A stretch of DNA of 64,000 nucleotides from Neocallimastix sp. 'constans' (GCA_050613775.1 JBODTK010000145.1:248001-312000), one strand, 5' to 3'. Positions 1-14,262 are shown, counted from the first letter of the stretch. The notes: generated by a model not told the origin, from the letters alone. A program made the numbers and translations.

Positions 1-419
1 TTTTTTTATTTTATTAAGTAAAACTAATAAATAATATTAAATTTTATAAATAATAAAAACATTTAAATACCTAGACTAGAAGAAATCTAATCTGCTTTAA
101 AAATTCCAAATTTATTTATTTCTTCTTTTATACCCACTCTTACGAATCTTTTATATATATATATATATATTTTTTACTTTATTTTTTAATTTTTATAGAT
201 AATAATTTAAATTTTATAATTTCATTTAATTAAATAAGTACTAAAATATTTTGGTTATTTTTAATTATTAATTTTGGAAATTTTCTTTTTGTAAAATTTG
301 AATAATCGCTTACTATTGTTATTATTACTGTTATTGTTGCTATAATTATTACTAGTATTATTATTATTTTTATATAGTTCTTGTAATTTTTATTTTGATA
401 ATTCTTATTATATATTAGC

Positions 420-1940
420 TTATAAATACATTAGTTCTGTTAATTTTAACCAGGTAATTAAGGCATATTCTCTACCATTAATTTTTTTTTCAATTTTTTC
501 GTCTATTGCTTCATTATTTGAAATAATAGGTGACCAATCCAATTGCTTTAATTCATCTAAATTGTATTCAGAAATTCTATTCTCTTTGGATAATATGGTA
601 ACATACCAAGCATAATTTGTTCGGTAAAATAATAAATTTTTAGAAAATGTGCAATAAAAAAGTGTTTTACTTAATATATTCAAATTATTTTGGTTTAAAT
701 CTATTTTATTTTTTGGTTTATTCATGTTTTCAGAAGATAATTTTAATTTTAATCCATATTTTTTTAAAGTTCTCATTTCAGTTTCATATAGTAATAATAA
801 TTTCGCTGACTTTTTAGCTTTTTCTAATCCATATATATTTATATTGTTAAGCAGAATTTTAATAGCAAATTCAACCTCACTATATTTAACAGCTATATTA
901 TGTTTAAAAGATTCATCAATACATTCTTTTACTTTATGAATACCTACGACTTCATAATTTTTATTTAAAAGAGGTGAACCCGATGATCCTTTATTTGTGT
1001 CAACCTTATGATAATAATTAATACTATTAATATTACTTATATTTCCAAATGCTAGAGAATATTCTTTATTAGCATATTGACAAATTAAAACAGCTTCATT
1101 CATTTCAGCTTCTTGATTACTAGGTTTAAGAAATGTTGGTTCAATTTCATCAATAATTTCATTATTTAATTCAATAAATGTAATATCAATGAGTTCTGAT
1201 GTAAATATAAAATCCTCATCATTTATTTCGATTTCTATACCTTGTTCTTCATTATAGGCCATATAAATATTAAATGATTTATTTGATTCAAGTTGACTTT
1301 CATTTAATATATGATTATTAGTCATTAAACCACGCAATGGCTTTTCTTTATTTGGAATTGGAATAGCAATAAAAAATCCTGTACCAATAATACTTTTTCT
1401 GACTTTTATTTTGCAAATTGAATGACTCATTTTATCATAAAATTCATTACACTTAATAATTGGACTTAATTGATAATTATTATTTGAAACGGAATTACTA
1501 TCACATAAAATAGAATCGTTATCCTCACTTTAATGATAATTATTTATAGTTTTATTGATGTTTTTTTTTTTTTTTATTATTATTATTATTAAAAAAATAT
1601 TAAATATATAATAATAATTAAATTATAAAATATATATTTTATTATTTAATCATAGAATTTTTATCAATAGAAAGATATAATCATTTACTTATTTTTTAAT
1701 TTTTACTATTTAAAATAATATATTTTAATTATGTACATAATTGTATCATTTTTATATAATATATTTAAGTTATAGAAAATAATAATTATATTAATTTACT
1801 ATAATAAATATTATATAAATAGTATAAAATCAAACCTCTTCAAATCATTTTTAGAATTTACATCTTTTTTAATATATATTGTTTCATTTTTATTTTAATG
1901 TATATTTTATATTAGTTAAAAATTTTATTATATCATTAAT

Positions 1941-1975
<35 letters not shown>

Positions 1976-4900
1976 AAAATGAAAATTACCATTAAAAATT
2001 TGAATCATTTCATCTGGACTTAAATTTTCAGCAATTCCTTTTGGCGTATCTCCATAATCGTTAGGTGTATTTGAATTTGATTGATCCTTGCTCATTAGAG
2101 ATTTTAGAATTTTAGTATTTCTTAAGTAACATGCAATATGCATAGGTAAATTATTTTTTCTATCTTTGATTTTAACATCAGCATGATTTTCAATGAGAAT
2201 ATTTACTATATCTTCATTATTAAAGTAACATGCTATCATTAATGGGCTTATTCCATATTTAGATTTCTTATTTATATTACTTTTTTCATTATCTAACAAA
2301 CATTTTACTAGTTCTTTATTATTTTTTTTACATGCTATGATTAATGGGGTATCACAATCTTCATTTTCTTTTAATATTTCATTTGCATTATTTTTAATCA
2401 ATTTTTCTACTTCTTTTATATTTCCTTTTTTACATTGATATGTCAATGGAGTATCATTTTTCGAATTTTCTCTTTCTTTTCTTACTTCTTCTTTTGCTTT
2501 TCTTTCATCTTCACTAACTTTGTTAAATAATTCTGAAAGTTCACTGGATTTACCGAATTTACTGGATTTACTAAATTCTACTTCAATTATGCCTTTATTT
2601 TGATATTTACGCATTAATTTTACAAATTTGATATTGATTTGTGAAATGCTCTTTAAATTACTACATTCTTTATTTTTTAGAATTTCATTTTCAATATCGT
2701 TTTCATTAACTTTTAATTTACGTTTTTTCTCTTTAGCATAATATAATATTAATTTAAATATTTCAAAATTATCTTTATCTATTATTTCAAAAATTGGGAA
2801 ATATTTATCATTACTTTTTTCATTTAATTCTAAAACAATCTTTTTAGAGTTGGCATACTTTATTAATAATTTAATAATATTAATATTATTGTTTTTAATT
2901 GCTTTCAAAAATGGAGATTCCATAGAATTGTCTTTTTCATTTATTTCTAAAGTAATGTTATTGCTATCGGCATAATATATTAATGATTCAATTATTTCAA
3001 TATTATTATATGAAATAGCTATTGTAAGTGGAGAACATCTGTCTTTATTGTATTCATTTATATTCAAAATAATACTATTAATATTGGCATAGTTTATTAT
3101 TAATTTAAATATTTCAACATTATTTTTATCAATTGCTTTTAAAAGTGGATAATTTCCATTTTTATCCTTTTCATTTATATTCAAAATAATACTATTATTA
3201 TTAGCATATTCTATTAATAATTTAACTATATCAATATTATTTTTATTAATTGCTTTTAAAAGTGGATAATTTCCTTTTTCATTTTTTTCATTTATTTCAA
3301 AAATAATTTTTTCATTTGTAGCATATTCTATTAATTTTTTAATAATATTAATATTATTATTATCATTTATTGACAATAAAAGTGGATAATTTCCTTCACA
3401 ATTTTTTTCATTCATTTCTAATTTAATATTATTTGTATTGGCATAATCAATTAATAATTTAACCATGTCAATATTATTATTAGTAGTCGCCCATATAAGT
3501 GGATAATTTCCATCGTCATTTTTTTCATTTATTTCTAAAATAATATTATTTTTTTTAGCATAATCTATTATCAATTTTACTATTTCAATATTATCATTAT
3601 TAGTTGCTAATAAAAATGGATAATTTCCATATTCATCTTTTTTATTAATATCTAAAATAATTTTTTTTTCATTGGCATAATTTATTAATAATTTAACAGA
3701 ATTAATATTATTATTATTCACAGCCAATAAAAGTGAATTACTTCCTTTTCTACTTTTTATATTTATATCCAAAGTAATATCATTTTTATTTGCATAATCT
3801 AATAATAATTTAATCATTTCTATATTATTTTCAAAAATGGCACTTAGAAGAGGATAATTTTCTTTTTTATCACATTCCATCATATTCATTTTAATTTTAT
3901 TTTCATTAGCATAATCTATTAATAATTTAATCATTTCAATATTATTTTTAATAATAGCATTTAAAAGTGGAAAAGAATCCTCCTTATCTTTTTCATTAAT
4001 ATTTAAAGTAATTTTATTTTGATTGGCATAATCTATTAATAATTTAAAAATTTCAATATTATTTTTAATAATAGCATTTAAAAGTGGAAAAGAATCCTCC
4101 TTATCTTTTTCATTAATTTTTAAAGTAATTTTATTTTGATTGGCATAATCTATTAGTAATTTAACCATGTCAATATTATTATTAGTAGTCGCCCATATAA
4201 ATGGATTATTTCCATCTTCATTTTTTCCATTAATTTCTAAAATAATTTTATTTTTATTATTATTTTCATTGGCATAATTTATTAATAATTTAACTATTTC
4301 AATATTATTTGTATTAGCTGCTAATAAAAGTGGATAATTTCCTTTTTCATCTTTTTCATTTATTTCCAAAATAATATTATTTTCATTGGCATAATCTATT
4401 AATAATTTAACCATTTCAATATTATCTTTAGAAGTGGCAAATAAAAGTGGATAACATCCATTTTTATTTTTTCCATTCATTTCTAAAATAATGCTATTTT
4501 CTTTAGCGTACTCTATTAATAAATTAATTATTTCAACATTATTATTAGAAGTGGCAGATAAAAGTGGAAAATTATTATCTTCATTTTTTTCTTTCATTTC
4601 CAAAATAATATTATGTTGATTGGCATAATCAATTAATAGATGAACCGTTTCAATATTATTATTACTTACAGCCGATAAAAGTGGAAAATCTTTATATTCA
4701 TTTTTTTCATTTATTTCTAAGATAACATCATGTTTATTGGCATAATCTATTAATAATCGAACTATTTCAATATAATCATTAATTATAGCCAATAAAAGTG
4801 GATAATTCTTATCTCTTGCTTTTTCATTCATTAACAAAATAATATTATTTTTATTGGCATAATCTATTAATAATTTAGTTATTTCAATATTATTTCCAAC

Positions 4901-7900
4901 ACTATTTTCAATATTATTTCCAATATAATTTCCAATACCCTTTTCAATATTATTTCCAATATTATTTCCAATACTACTTTCAATATTATTTCCAATATTA
5001 TTTCCAATACTACTTTCAATATTATTTCCAATATTATTTTCAATATTATTTCCAATATTATTTTCAATATTATTTTTATTAATAGCTAATAAAAGTGGAT
5101 AATATCCATTGTTATTTTTTTTGTTTACGTATAAAATAATTTTATTTTTATTAGCATAATCTATTAATAATTTAATCATTTCAATATTATTTTTTGAAGT
5201 AGCTAATAAAAGTGGATAATTTTCATATTCATTTTTTTCATTCATTTTCAAAATAATATCATTTTTATTGGCATAATCAATTAATAATTTAACCATTTCA
5301 TTATTATTTTTATCAATAGCCAATAAAAGTGGATACCATCCACTTGAATTTTTTTCATTTAATGCTAAAATATTGTTATTTTTGTTAGCATTATCTATTA
5401 ATAATTTAATTATTTCAATATCATTTTTAATTACAGCCCATGTAAGTAGGTTGTCACCAAATTTATTTTTTTCATGCGTTTCTAAGATAATATTACTTTT
5501 ATTGGCATAATTTATTAATAATTTAAACATTTCAATATTATTATTAGAAGTAACATACGAAAGTGGATAAGTTCCTTTTTCATCTTTTTCATTCATTTCC
5601 AAAATGATATCATTTTTACTGGCATAATCAATTAATAATTTAACCATTTCATTATTATTTTTATCAATAGCCAATAAAAGAGGATACCATCCGCTTGAAT
5701 TTTTTTCATTTAACCCCAAAATAATATTAGTTTTATTGGCATAATTTATTAATAACTGAACCATTTCAATATTATTATTACTTACAGCTAGTAAAAGTGG
5801 AAAATCTTCATATTCATTTTTTTCATTCATTTCCAAAATATTATTATTTTTATTGTTATTTGTATTGGCTTTAATTATTAATAAATTAACTATTTTAATA
5901 TCATTGTTACTTACAGCCCATGTAAGTAAGTTGTTACCAGATTTATTTTTTTCATTTAATGTCAAACTAATATTTTTTTTATTGGCATAATCTATTAATA
6001 ATTTAAACATTTCAATATTATTATTAGAAGTAACAAATGAAAGTGGGAAATGTCCTTTTTCATTTTTTTCATTCATTTCCAAAATAATATCATTTTTATT
6101 GGCATAATCTATTAATATTTTAACCATTTCAATACTATTATTCTCAATTGCTTTTAAAAATGGATAATTTGCTGATTTATCCTTTTCATTTATTATCAAA
6201 ATAGTATTATTGTTAGTAGCATATTCTATTAATAAATTAACTATTTCAATATTATTTTTTGAAGTAGCCAATAGAAGTGGATAACAACCATTTTTATTTT
6301 TTTCATTCATTTCTAAAATAACATTATTTGTATTGGCATAACCCATTAATAATTCAACCATTTCAATATTATTATTAATGGTAGCCCATAGAAGTGGATA
6401 ATATCCTTTTCCATTTTTTTCATTCACATCCAAAATAATATTATTTTTATTGGCATATGCTACTAATAATTGAACTATTTTAATATTATTTTTACTTGTA
6501 GCATATAAAAGTGGATACCATTCACTTTTATTTTTTTCATTTATTTCTAAAATAATAAATTTTTTATTGGCATAATCTACTAATAATTTAGCTATTTCAA
6601 TATTGTTTTTAGAAGTAGCCATCAAAAATGGATACCATCCACTTGTATTATTTTCATTCATTTCTAAAATAATATCATTTTTATTAACATGATCAATTAA
6701 TAATTTAATCATTTCAATATCATTATTTGAAGTAGCCAATAAAAGAGGATAATCTCCAATTTTATTTATTTCATTTAGTTCCAAAATAATATCATTTTTA
6801 TTGGCATAATCAATTAATAATTTAACCATTTCAATATTATTTTTAGAAGTAGCCAATAAGAGTGGATAATTTTCATCTTTATTTTTTTCATTCATTTCCA
6901 AAATAATACTATTTTCTTTAGCGTACTCTATTAATAAATTAGTTATTTCAACATTATTATTAATAGTACCCCATATAAGGGGATAATATCCTTTTTCATT
7001 TTTATTATTCATTTCTAAAATAATATTATTTTTATTGGCATAATTTATTAATAATTCAACTATTTTAATATTATTTTTAGAAGTAGCCAATAAAAGGGGA
7101 TAATTTTTATATTTATTTTTTTCATTCATTTCCAAAATAATATTATTTTTACTGGCATAATCAATTAATAATTTTGTCATTTCAATATTATTATTGATAG
7201 TAGCCCATATAAGGGGATAATATCCTTTTTCATTTTTATCATTCATTTCCAAAATAATTTTATTTGTACTGGCATAATCAATTAATAATTTAACCATTTC
7301 AATATTATTTTTATTAGTTGCTAATAAAAGTGGATAGTTTTCATTTTCATTTTTTTCACTAATTTTTAAAATAATTTTATTTTTATTAGCATAATCTATT
7401 AATAATTTAACCATTTCAATATTATTATTGATAGTAGCCCATATAACCGGATAATATCCTTTTTCATTTTTTTTATTCATTTCCAAAATAATATTATTTT
7501 TATTGGCATAATCAATTAATGATTTAACTATTTTAATATTATTTTTTGAAGTAGCTAATAAAAGTGGATAGTTTTCATATTCATTATTTTCATTCATTTC
7601 CATAATAATATTATTTATGTTAGCATAACCTATTAATAATTCAACCATTTCAATATTATTTAGAGAAGTAGCCAATAAAAGCGGATACCATCCGCTTGTA
7701 TTTTTTTCATTTAATGCCAAAATAATGTTATTTTTATTAGCATATTCAATTAATAATTCAATTATTTTAATATCGTTGTTTATTACAGCCCATATAAGCA
7801 GATTATCACCAAATTTATTTTTTCCATTTAGTGTAAAAATAATTTTATTTTTATTGGCGTAATCTATCAATAATTTAATTATTTCAATATCATGGTTAAT

Positions 7901-8614
7901 TACAGCCCATACAAGTAGGTTGTCACCAACTTTATTTTTTTCATTTAATGTCAAAATAATTTTATTTTCATTGGCATAATTTATTAATAATTTAACTATT
8001 ACAATATTATTTTTTGAAGTAGCCAATAAAAGTGGAAAATCTTCATACTCATTTTTTTTATTTATTTCCAAAATAATATTATTTTTACTGGCGTAATCAA
8101 TTAACAATTGTACCATTTCAATATTATTATTAAGAGTAGCCCATAAAAGTGGATAATACCCTTTTTCATTCTTTTCATTCATTTCCAAAATAATATTATT
8201 ATTATCGGCATAATCAATTAATTGTTTAACCATTTCAATATTATTTTTAGAAGTAGCCAATAAAAGTGGAAAATCTTCATACTCATTTTTTTTATTCATC
8301 TCCAAAATAATATTGTTTTTAATTGCATAATTAATTAATAATTGAACCATTTTAATATTATTTTTAGAAGTAGCCAATAAAAGAGGGTTATTTTCATTTC
8401 CATTTCCATTTTTTCCATTCGTTTCCAAAGTAATATCATTTTTATTGGCATAATCAATTAATAATTGAATCATTTCAATATTATTTTCATCGGTAGCCAA
8501 TAAAAGGGGATACCATTCATTATATTTCTCATTTTCATTTAAGATAACATTCTTTTTATTGGAATAATCTGAAGTTCGAATTGCCTTAACTAAATTTTTT
8601 TTTAATTTGTTCAT
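420..8614 (-). CDS. Giant ankyrin-repeat protein with a C-terminal trypsin-like serine protease domain; predicted exons 8614-1990, 1863-1836, 1527-420 (~2586 aa)
   Basis: The 2223-aa ORF of ~39-aa ankyrin repeats (YPLLLATSKNNIEMVKLLIDYANKNNIILEMNEKN) runs into poly-T just after a G|GTAATT donor at 1989. The 336-aa ORF has the trypsin triad motifs LMTNNH, ELIDITF and DTNKGSSGSP, and its frame is open back to an AAG acceptor ending at 1528. A 28-nt AG/GT-bounded exon reconciles the splice phases. The same donor is kept in the paralog at 15220. Confidence 0.82.
1836..1863 (-). other. 28-nt micro-exon of the ankyrin-protease gene
   Basis: Minus strand reads aaaaag|ATGTAAATTCTAAAAATGATTTGAAGAG|gtttga. 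It converts phase 1 (exon 1 ends AAT G) to phase 2 (exon 3 starts T GAG GAT), giving ...FN-DVNSKNDLKS-EDNDS with no stop. Confidence 0.7.
4880..5075 (-). repeat. In-frame 12-nt tandem repeat (NNIE/NNIG/SSIG tetrapeptides) expanded inside one ankyrin repeat
   Basis: Protein reads NNIENNIGNNIENNIGNNIESSIGNNIG...; DNA units ttcaatattatt / tccaatattatt. Confidence 0.9.
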
Positions 8615-8682
8615 TTTTATTATTTAATAGTTCCATAATATTTTGAATACTTTTTATTAGTTGTTAAATTTTGAATTTTATT

Positions 8683-8728
<46 letters not shown>

Positions 8729-9076
8729 TATAAATAATTATAAGTATTTGTTGATTTATTATTTAAAACATTCTTCATTTTTCGTTTAGAACAATTTTTT
8801 ATTCATTAAAAAGAACTCTTTTATTTATTTATCACATAAAATTAAATTTTCAATACATAATTAATATAAATTTATTATAAATAATGATTATAAAGATTTT
8901 TTTTATTAAATTAAAAACTTTTTTTTTTTATTATTCGAAGATTTAAAATAATTCTTAAAAATAAATAAATAAAAAAAAAAAAGAAAGAAAATAAAATAAA
9001 ATAAAAAAAAAATTTTTTTCTTTATTATGGAAAGTTTAAATAAAATTGAAACTTAATAACCTTATTTTATTTTTAT

Positions 9077-9110
<34 letters not shown>

Positions 9111-9266
9111 TACTTTATTTTCATGTATTAAATATAAAAAAAAAAAGAAAAAAAAGGATACTTAGAATAAATCAATTAACACCTTCAAAACCTTTAACAT
9201 AATTTTAATGGATAAATTGATATATATATATATATATATATTTATTATAGTAGATATTTATTTTTA

Positions 9267-9332
<66 letters not shown>

Positions 9333-9339
9333 TATTGAA

Positions 9340-9858
9340 TCAAATATATTTAAATTTATTATTAAAAAAATAGGATTATTAAGATCTTTCATATAAAATA
9401 GTATTATTCTGATTAATTGAAATTATTAATTTTTATCAATATAATTTTTTGAGGATAATATCATTCAAAGTTAAATATAACTTTTACTTTAATAATTATA
9501 ATTTGGAGACGCATATAAAAATATACAATAACAGAATGCGTTGTGTAAATGCTAAAATAAAATAAAGTTAAAAAAAAATTGTAATTTAAAAATGATAATA
9601 TGAATTTTTTAGTTTATTAGTTTTTATACTTTTTTTTTTATTTTATTATTTCATTATATTATTATTCTATTATTTTATTATTATTTATTCATTCAAAATA
9701 TTTATATACATATATACATATATATATTAAAAAGGTATATATACAAAGATGATCGAGTAAATATTGATATTGTATAATTAATTATATAAATATAAATATT
9801 ATATTTTTATTTATTTTATATTACTTTCTATTTTTATTAATATTAATATTAATATTAA

Positions 9859-9900
<42 letters not shown>

Positions 9901-9923
9901 CATCATCATTATTATTATTATTA

Positions 9924-9981
<58 letters not shown>

Positions 9982-10560
9982 ATATAGCATTTTAAACATT
10001 CAAATATATTTAAATTATTAAAAATAAGATTATTAAGATCTTATATAAAATAGTATTATTCTGATTAGTTGAAATTATTAATTTTAACAATATTATTTTT
10101 TTTTGGAGTAAAATTATTTTAAAAGCTAAATAAAACTTATATTTTAATAATTATAAAGTGGAGACGTATATGAAATATAAAATAATAAAATGTATTGTAT
10201 AAATGCTTAAATAAAATGAAGTTAAAAAAAAAAATTGTAATTTAAAAATGATAATATAAATTATTTGTTTTTTAGTTTTTATCCTTTTTTTTTTTTTATT
10301 TTATTAATTTATTAATTTATTAATTTATTAATTTATTAATTTATTATTTTATTATTTTATTATTTTATTATTCTGTTATTTTATTATTTTGTTATTTTAT
10401 TATTTTATTATTTTATTATTTTATTATTTTATTATTTTATTATTATTTATGATTCATATATAATATATTTATTTATTTTAAAAAGGTAAATATATAAAGA
10501 TAATCAAGTAAATACTGATATTGTATAATTAATTATATAAATATAAATATTATATTTTTA
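9340..10560. repeat. Diverged direct duplication of non-coding DNA (~9340-9810 and ~10001-10560), each copy preceded by a (TAT)n tract
   Basis: Shared blocks in both copies: caaatatatttaaatt, gattattaagatct, aaaatagtattattctgatt, ggagacg, gtaatttaaaaatgataatat, gatattgtataattaattatataaatataaatattatattttta. Confidence 0.8.
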
Positions 10561-10957
10561 TTAGTATTATTTTATAATTATTAATTAATCTAATTTATAT
10601 ATACATATATATATTTAATTTTGATTAAAATTATATACTTTTTACCAATATCTAGAGTCTTGGCGTAAACATTTTTACATCCCTTATGATAAAAGTTTTC
10701 CATAATATAACTTATCTTTGTATCAAAAGAACTTGTTTCGTTTATATATGAATTTGAAATTGGACATAAATTATCATTATTATCCATTTCATAAATTATG
10801 TTGAAAACTACTCAATATAAATATTATTTAAATAAGGAATGGAATAATACATTCGAGTATGAGTACAGAATGAAGCATAATGGTATAGAATATTGGAGAA
10901 ACCTTGACATTGTTTTAATTAAAGATAGAATCTTATTTTGATAATACTTTCATTTTT

Positions 10958-10989
<32 letters not shown>

Positions 10990-11267
10990 TTATTTTTATA
11001 AACAAGATTGTCAAATAATAATAATAATTTTTATTTTTATAAACAAGATTGTCAAATAATAATTTTTTTTTTTTAAAAAAATTTAAGTATTCTAACCATA
11101 TTTATTAATTTATTAAAAATTTCAAATTTAAGAATAGATTAAAAATTTCAAATTTTAATAATTATAAAAGTTTATCTAAATCAAACCTTAACATTTATGA
11201 AATTGTAAATCAGAAAGTTATTAAAAATAAAATTGATAGCAATCCTAAAATACTGGTTAATACAAAG

Positions 11268-13442
11268 ATGAATGAAAAATTAGATTTAGAAAATAATAAA
11301 GTATATGAAAATATTAAAATTTATTTAAAGAATTCTGAAAATGAATCTGAAGACAATTTTAGTGACCTGAAAACTTTAAATAAAGGAAAATTAAGGAAAA
11401 TCAAGGAAAAGGATATTAAATTTAACATTAAAAGGAATAATAAAAATTTCGATAAACATGTAAACAAAAATGATAAAAATGATAAACGAAAAATTATCGA
11501 AAAAGGAAAAAGAAAAAATGAACAATCGAATGAAGAAAGGAAAATGAAGGATAGAACATCTATATTAAATAAATCATTTTTTGAGAGGAAAAACAGATTC
11601 AGATGAAAATGAAAGCAACAAGAGAAATAGAGTTAATAATATTAGTATGTTAATTCCATAGAATTGTGAAAAAGCTATGAATTCAGAAAATGCGAGACAA
11701 ATGGAAAGATGCAATAAATAAAGAATTACAAAATTTATATGAAATTAATGTTATTTGGAAAACAAAAATATTCCAAAACACATTAAACCATTCGATGTTA
11801 AATGGATTTTACTTTTAAAGATAATGACATATATAAAGTACGATTAATCGTCAAAGGTTTTCGACAAATTAAAAGGAGTTGATTATACCTGTATCTATTC
11901 TCCTACAATAAAAAAAGAAATGGATAGTTTTAGATTAACAATTGCTATTGCATCAATATATAAATGTGTTATAAAACAAATCAATAATAAAGCTGAATAT
12001 TTGAATGCTAATCTAGATGAGGAAATTTATATTTAAATTCCAATTGGTGATAAAAACTTCAATTGCAAAAATCTGGGTTATTATGAAAGGACTTTCTATG
12101 GACATAAGTAAGCCTGAAGGCAATGATTTAGCAATGATTTTGCGAAATCTCCTGTTTTCTTAAAGAAAATTGAGTTAATTAAATATAATATAGATAGTTG
12201 TTAATAAATTATGATTATTACTAACTCTCTATTTTAATGATATATTAAATGAAGAAGAGAATAAAGAAATTACCAAAGTTGTTTACACAATAAAACATAA
12301 ACACAAAGTCTCCACAGATAAAACAGCAAACAAAATCAACGGAATTAATATAATAAAAGCAAATAAAGGTTACAAAATTAATCAAAAAATATTATATTAA
12401 AAAAAAAGCTAACTAACTATAAAATAAATAATACTAAAATAATTAGAACACCATGAATCAATTCAAAATTATAAGATAGAGAAACTTATGAAAAAATTAA
12501 CAAACCTGTTTATAAAAAAATTGACTGGATCTCTGTTATATATTTCGACATAAACAAGACCAGATATAGCATTTTTCTGTAAATCAAGCTGCAAGATTTT
12601 CTGAGAATCAAACAAAGATTGATTTGAATGAAGGTGTTCAAATACTAAAATACTTTAAAAGTAAAAATGACTATTCAATTCATTATAACAGAAAGAAAAT
12701 TTTAAGAGCTTATTATGATCCAGATTTTTCTGGTGAAAAAATTAAAAAGAAGATTTACTTTAGAAAATATTTTTGTATTAGAAAATAGTTCAATATCACG
12801 GAAATCAATTACACTCAGAAAAATATAGCCTTATCAACTACCGAAGCCAAATACTCAGGCTTAATAGAATGTACAAAACAAGCTATGTTTGGATAAAAAG
12901 ATTAGTAAATGAAATATTCAATAAAAATATTAGAATTAATATTAGAATAGATAATAAACCATGAAGGAATAGTGTTGAAAATGAAAACAAAAAGGGATCA
13001 TGCAAATTTAATACGGACATGGACATAAAATACAAATATGTTCAAGATGAAATTATAAAAAAATGAAATTAAATTAACACTCGTTGGTTCCTATTCAATG
13101 ATCGCAGATCTATTAACCAAAATTTTTTCAGAACCCAAGCTTAAATACTTCTTCATCATGAAAATGTAGAAAATGCCAATGAAGGGGAAATGTTAAGTAT
13201 TACAATTACATTATTCATTATATTACATTATTAAGTGTAAAATGTTTTTATTCGATAATATAATGCAATGTAAAATTAAATGTTACCAATAATGTTAAAC
13301 CATTATAAGAAATGATTATAAATAATATGAGATGACATATTCTTCAATGATGAAGGTCTTTCTTAATATAAAAGCAATAAAATAAATAAATAAACACATA
13401 ATAGTATAAATATTTTTTCTGATTTAAGTGTTATATTTAACA
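11268..13442 (+). mobile_element. Decayed, 5'-truncated Ty1/Copia LTR retrotransposon (RT and RNase H relics, PPT, 3' LTR)
   Basis: Broken-frame Copia motifs: WKDAINKELQNL (~11700), VKWI, YKVRLIVKGFRQ (~11830), YSPT, YLNANLDEEIY (~11998), TRPDIAF (~12555), LSTTEAKY (~12830), ADLLTK (~13103). Purine tract gaaggggaaa at 13181-13190 is followed by TGTTAA...TTAACA. Confidence 0.85.
13191..13442 (+). repeat. Putative 3' LTR of the decayed Copia element
   Basis: Starts TGTTAA directly after the PPT and ends TTAACA (inverted termini). No partner LTR was recognised. Confidence 0.6.
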
Positions 13443-13795
13443 AACACCATATTAAAAAAAGATTGTTAACAAACACCATATTAAAAAAAACATATGTCTT
13501 AAATAATTTATAAATATATATATAGTAAATTAAATTCATTTATATATTTTTACAAAAAGTTTATTATATTTTTTACTTTTTTTTTTATTTTTTATTTTTA
13601 ATTTTTTATTATTATATTATATTATATTTATTTTTACGTATCATTAAAATTATAATCTAGTAAAATTAATGAATAATATTAAATTTTAAAAATAATAAAA
13701 ACATTTAAATACCTAGACTAGAAGAAATTTAATCTGCTTTAAAAATTTCATATTCATTTGTTTTTTCTTCTATACCTACTCTTACCAATCTATTA

Positions 13796-13826
<31 letters not shown>

Positions 13827-14262
13827 TTGATTATTTATCTTTACTTCTTTTTATAATTATTGATAATAATCTAAATAGATTACATAATTTCATTTAATTA
13901 AATAAATTCTAAAATATTTTTAATTTTAATTTTTTAAAAGTAATATATAAAAAGAAAAATATTAATAATAAGTTCTCTTTAATAATAAAATTAAGAAGAA
14001 TTAATACCTTACCTTATAATTTTTTTTCTCTAATATCTGTTTTTATTATTAATTTTTGAAAGTCTTTATTCATTATTGCCATTTGTCATAATTTATTTTC
14101 ATATTTATCATTTTATTTTGTTTATTTTTAATTTTTAATTTTGGAAATTTTCCTTTCGTAAAACTTTAATAATTGCTATTACTACTACTGTTATTATTTT
14201 TATTATTTAAATTAATATATTTCTTGTAATTTTTGTATTGATAATTCTTATTATATATTAGA

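Noticed and set aside
724..939. Short antisense or alternate-frame ORFs inside real genes and retroelements (e.g. 724, 4879, 14565, 30440-32012, 41080-42082, 46290-47323, 52687-53655, 55229-57568, 59577-61839)
   Set aside because: They are shadows of the main reading frames.
9811..9999. Poly-Ile ORF and similar low-complexity ORFs (27255, 27260, 32697, 34655, 42766, 48591, 52282)
   Set aside because: They arise from microsatellites and homopolymers, with no protein-like composition.
10590..10940. Short coding-like stretch (65-aa ORF and neighbouring sequence)
   Set aside because: No recognisable motif; it could be an exon relic but cannot be supported.
11268..11606. 112-aa Lys/Asn-rich ORF as an independent gene
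   Set aside because: It lies immediately before the RT relic, so it is best read as the linker of the decayed Copia pol.
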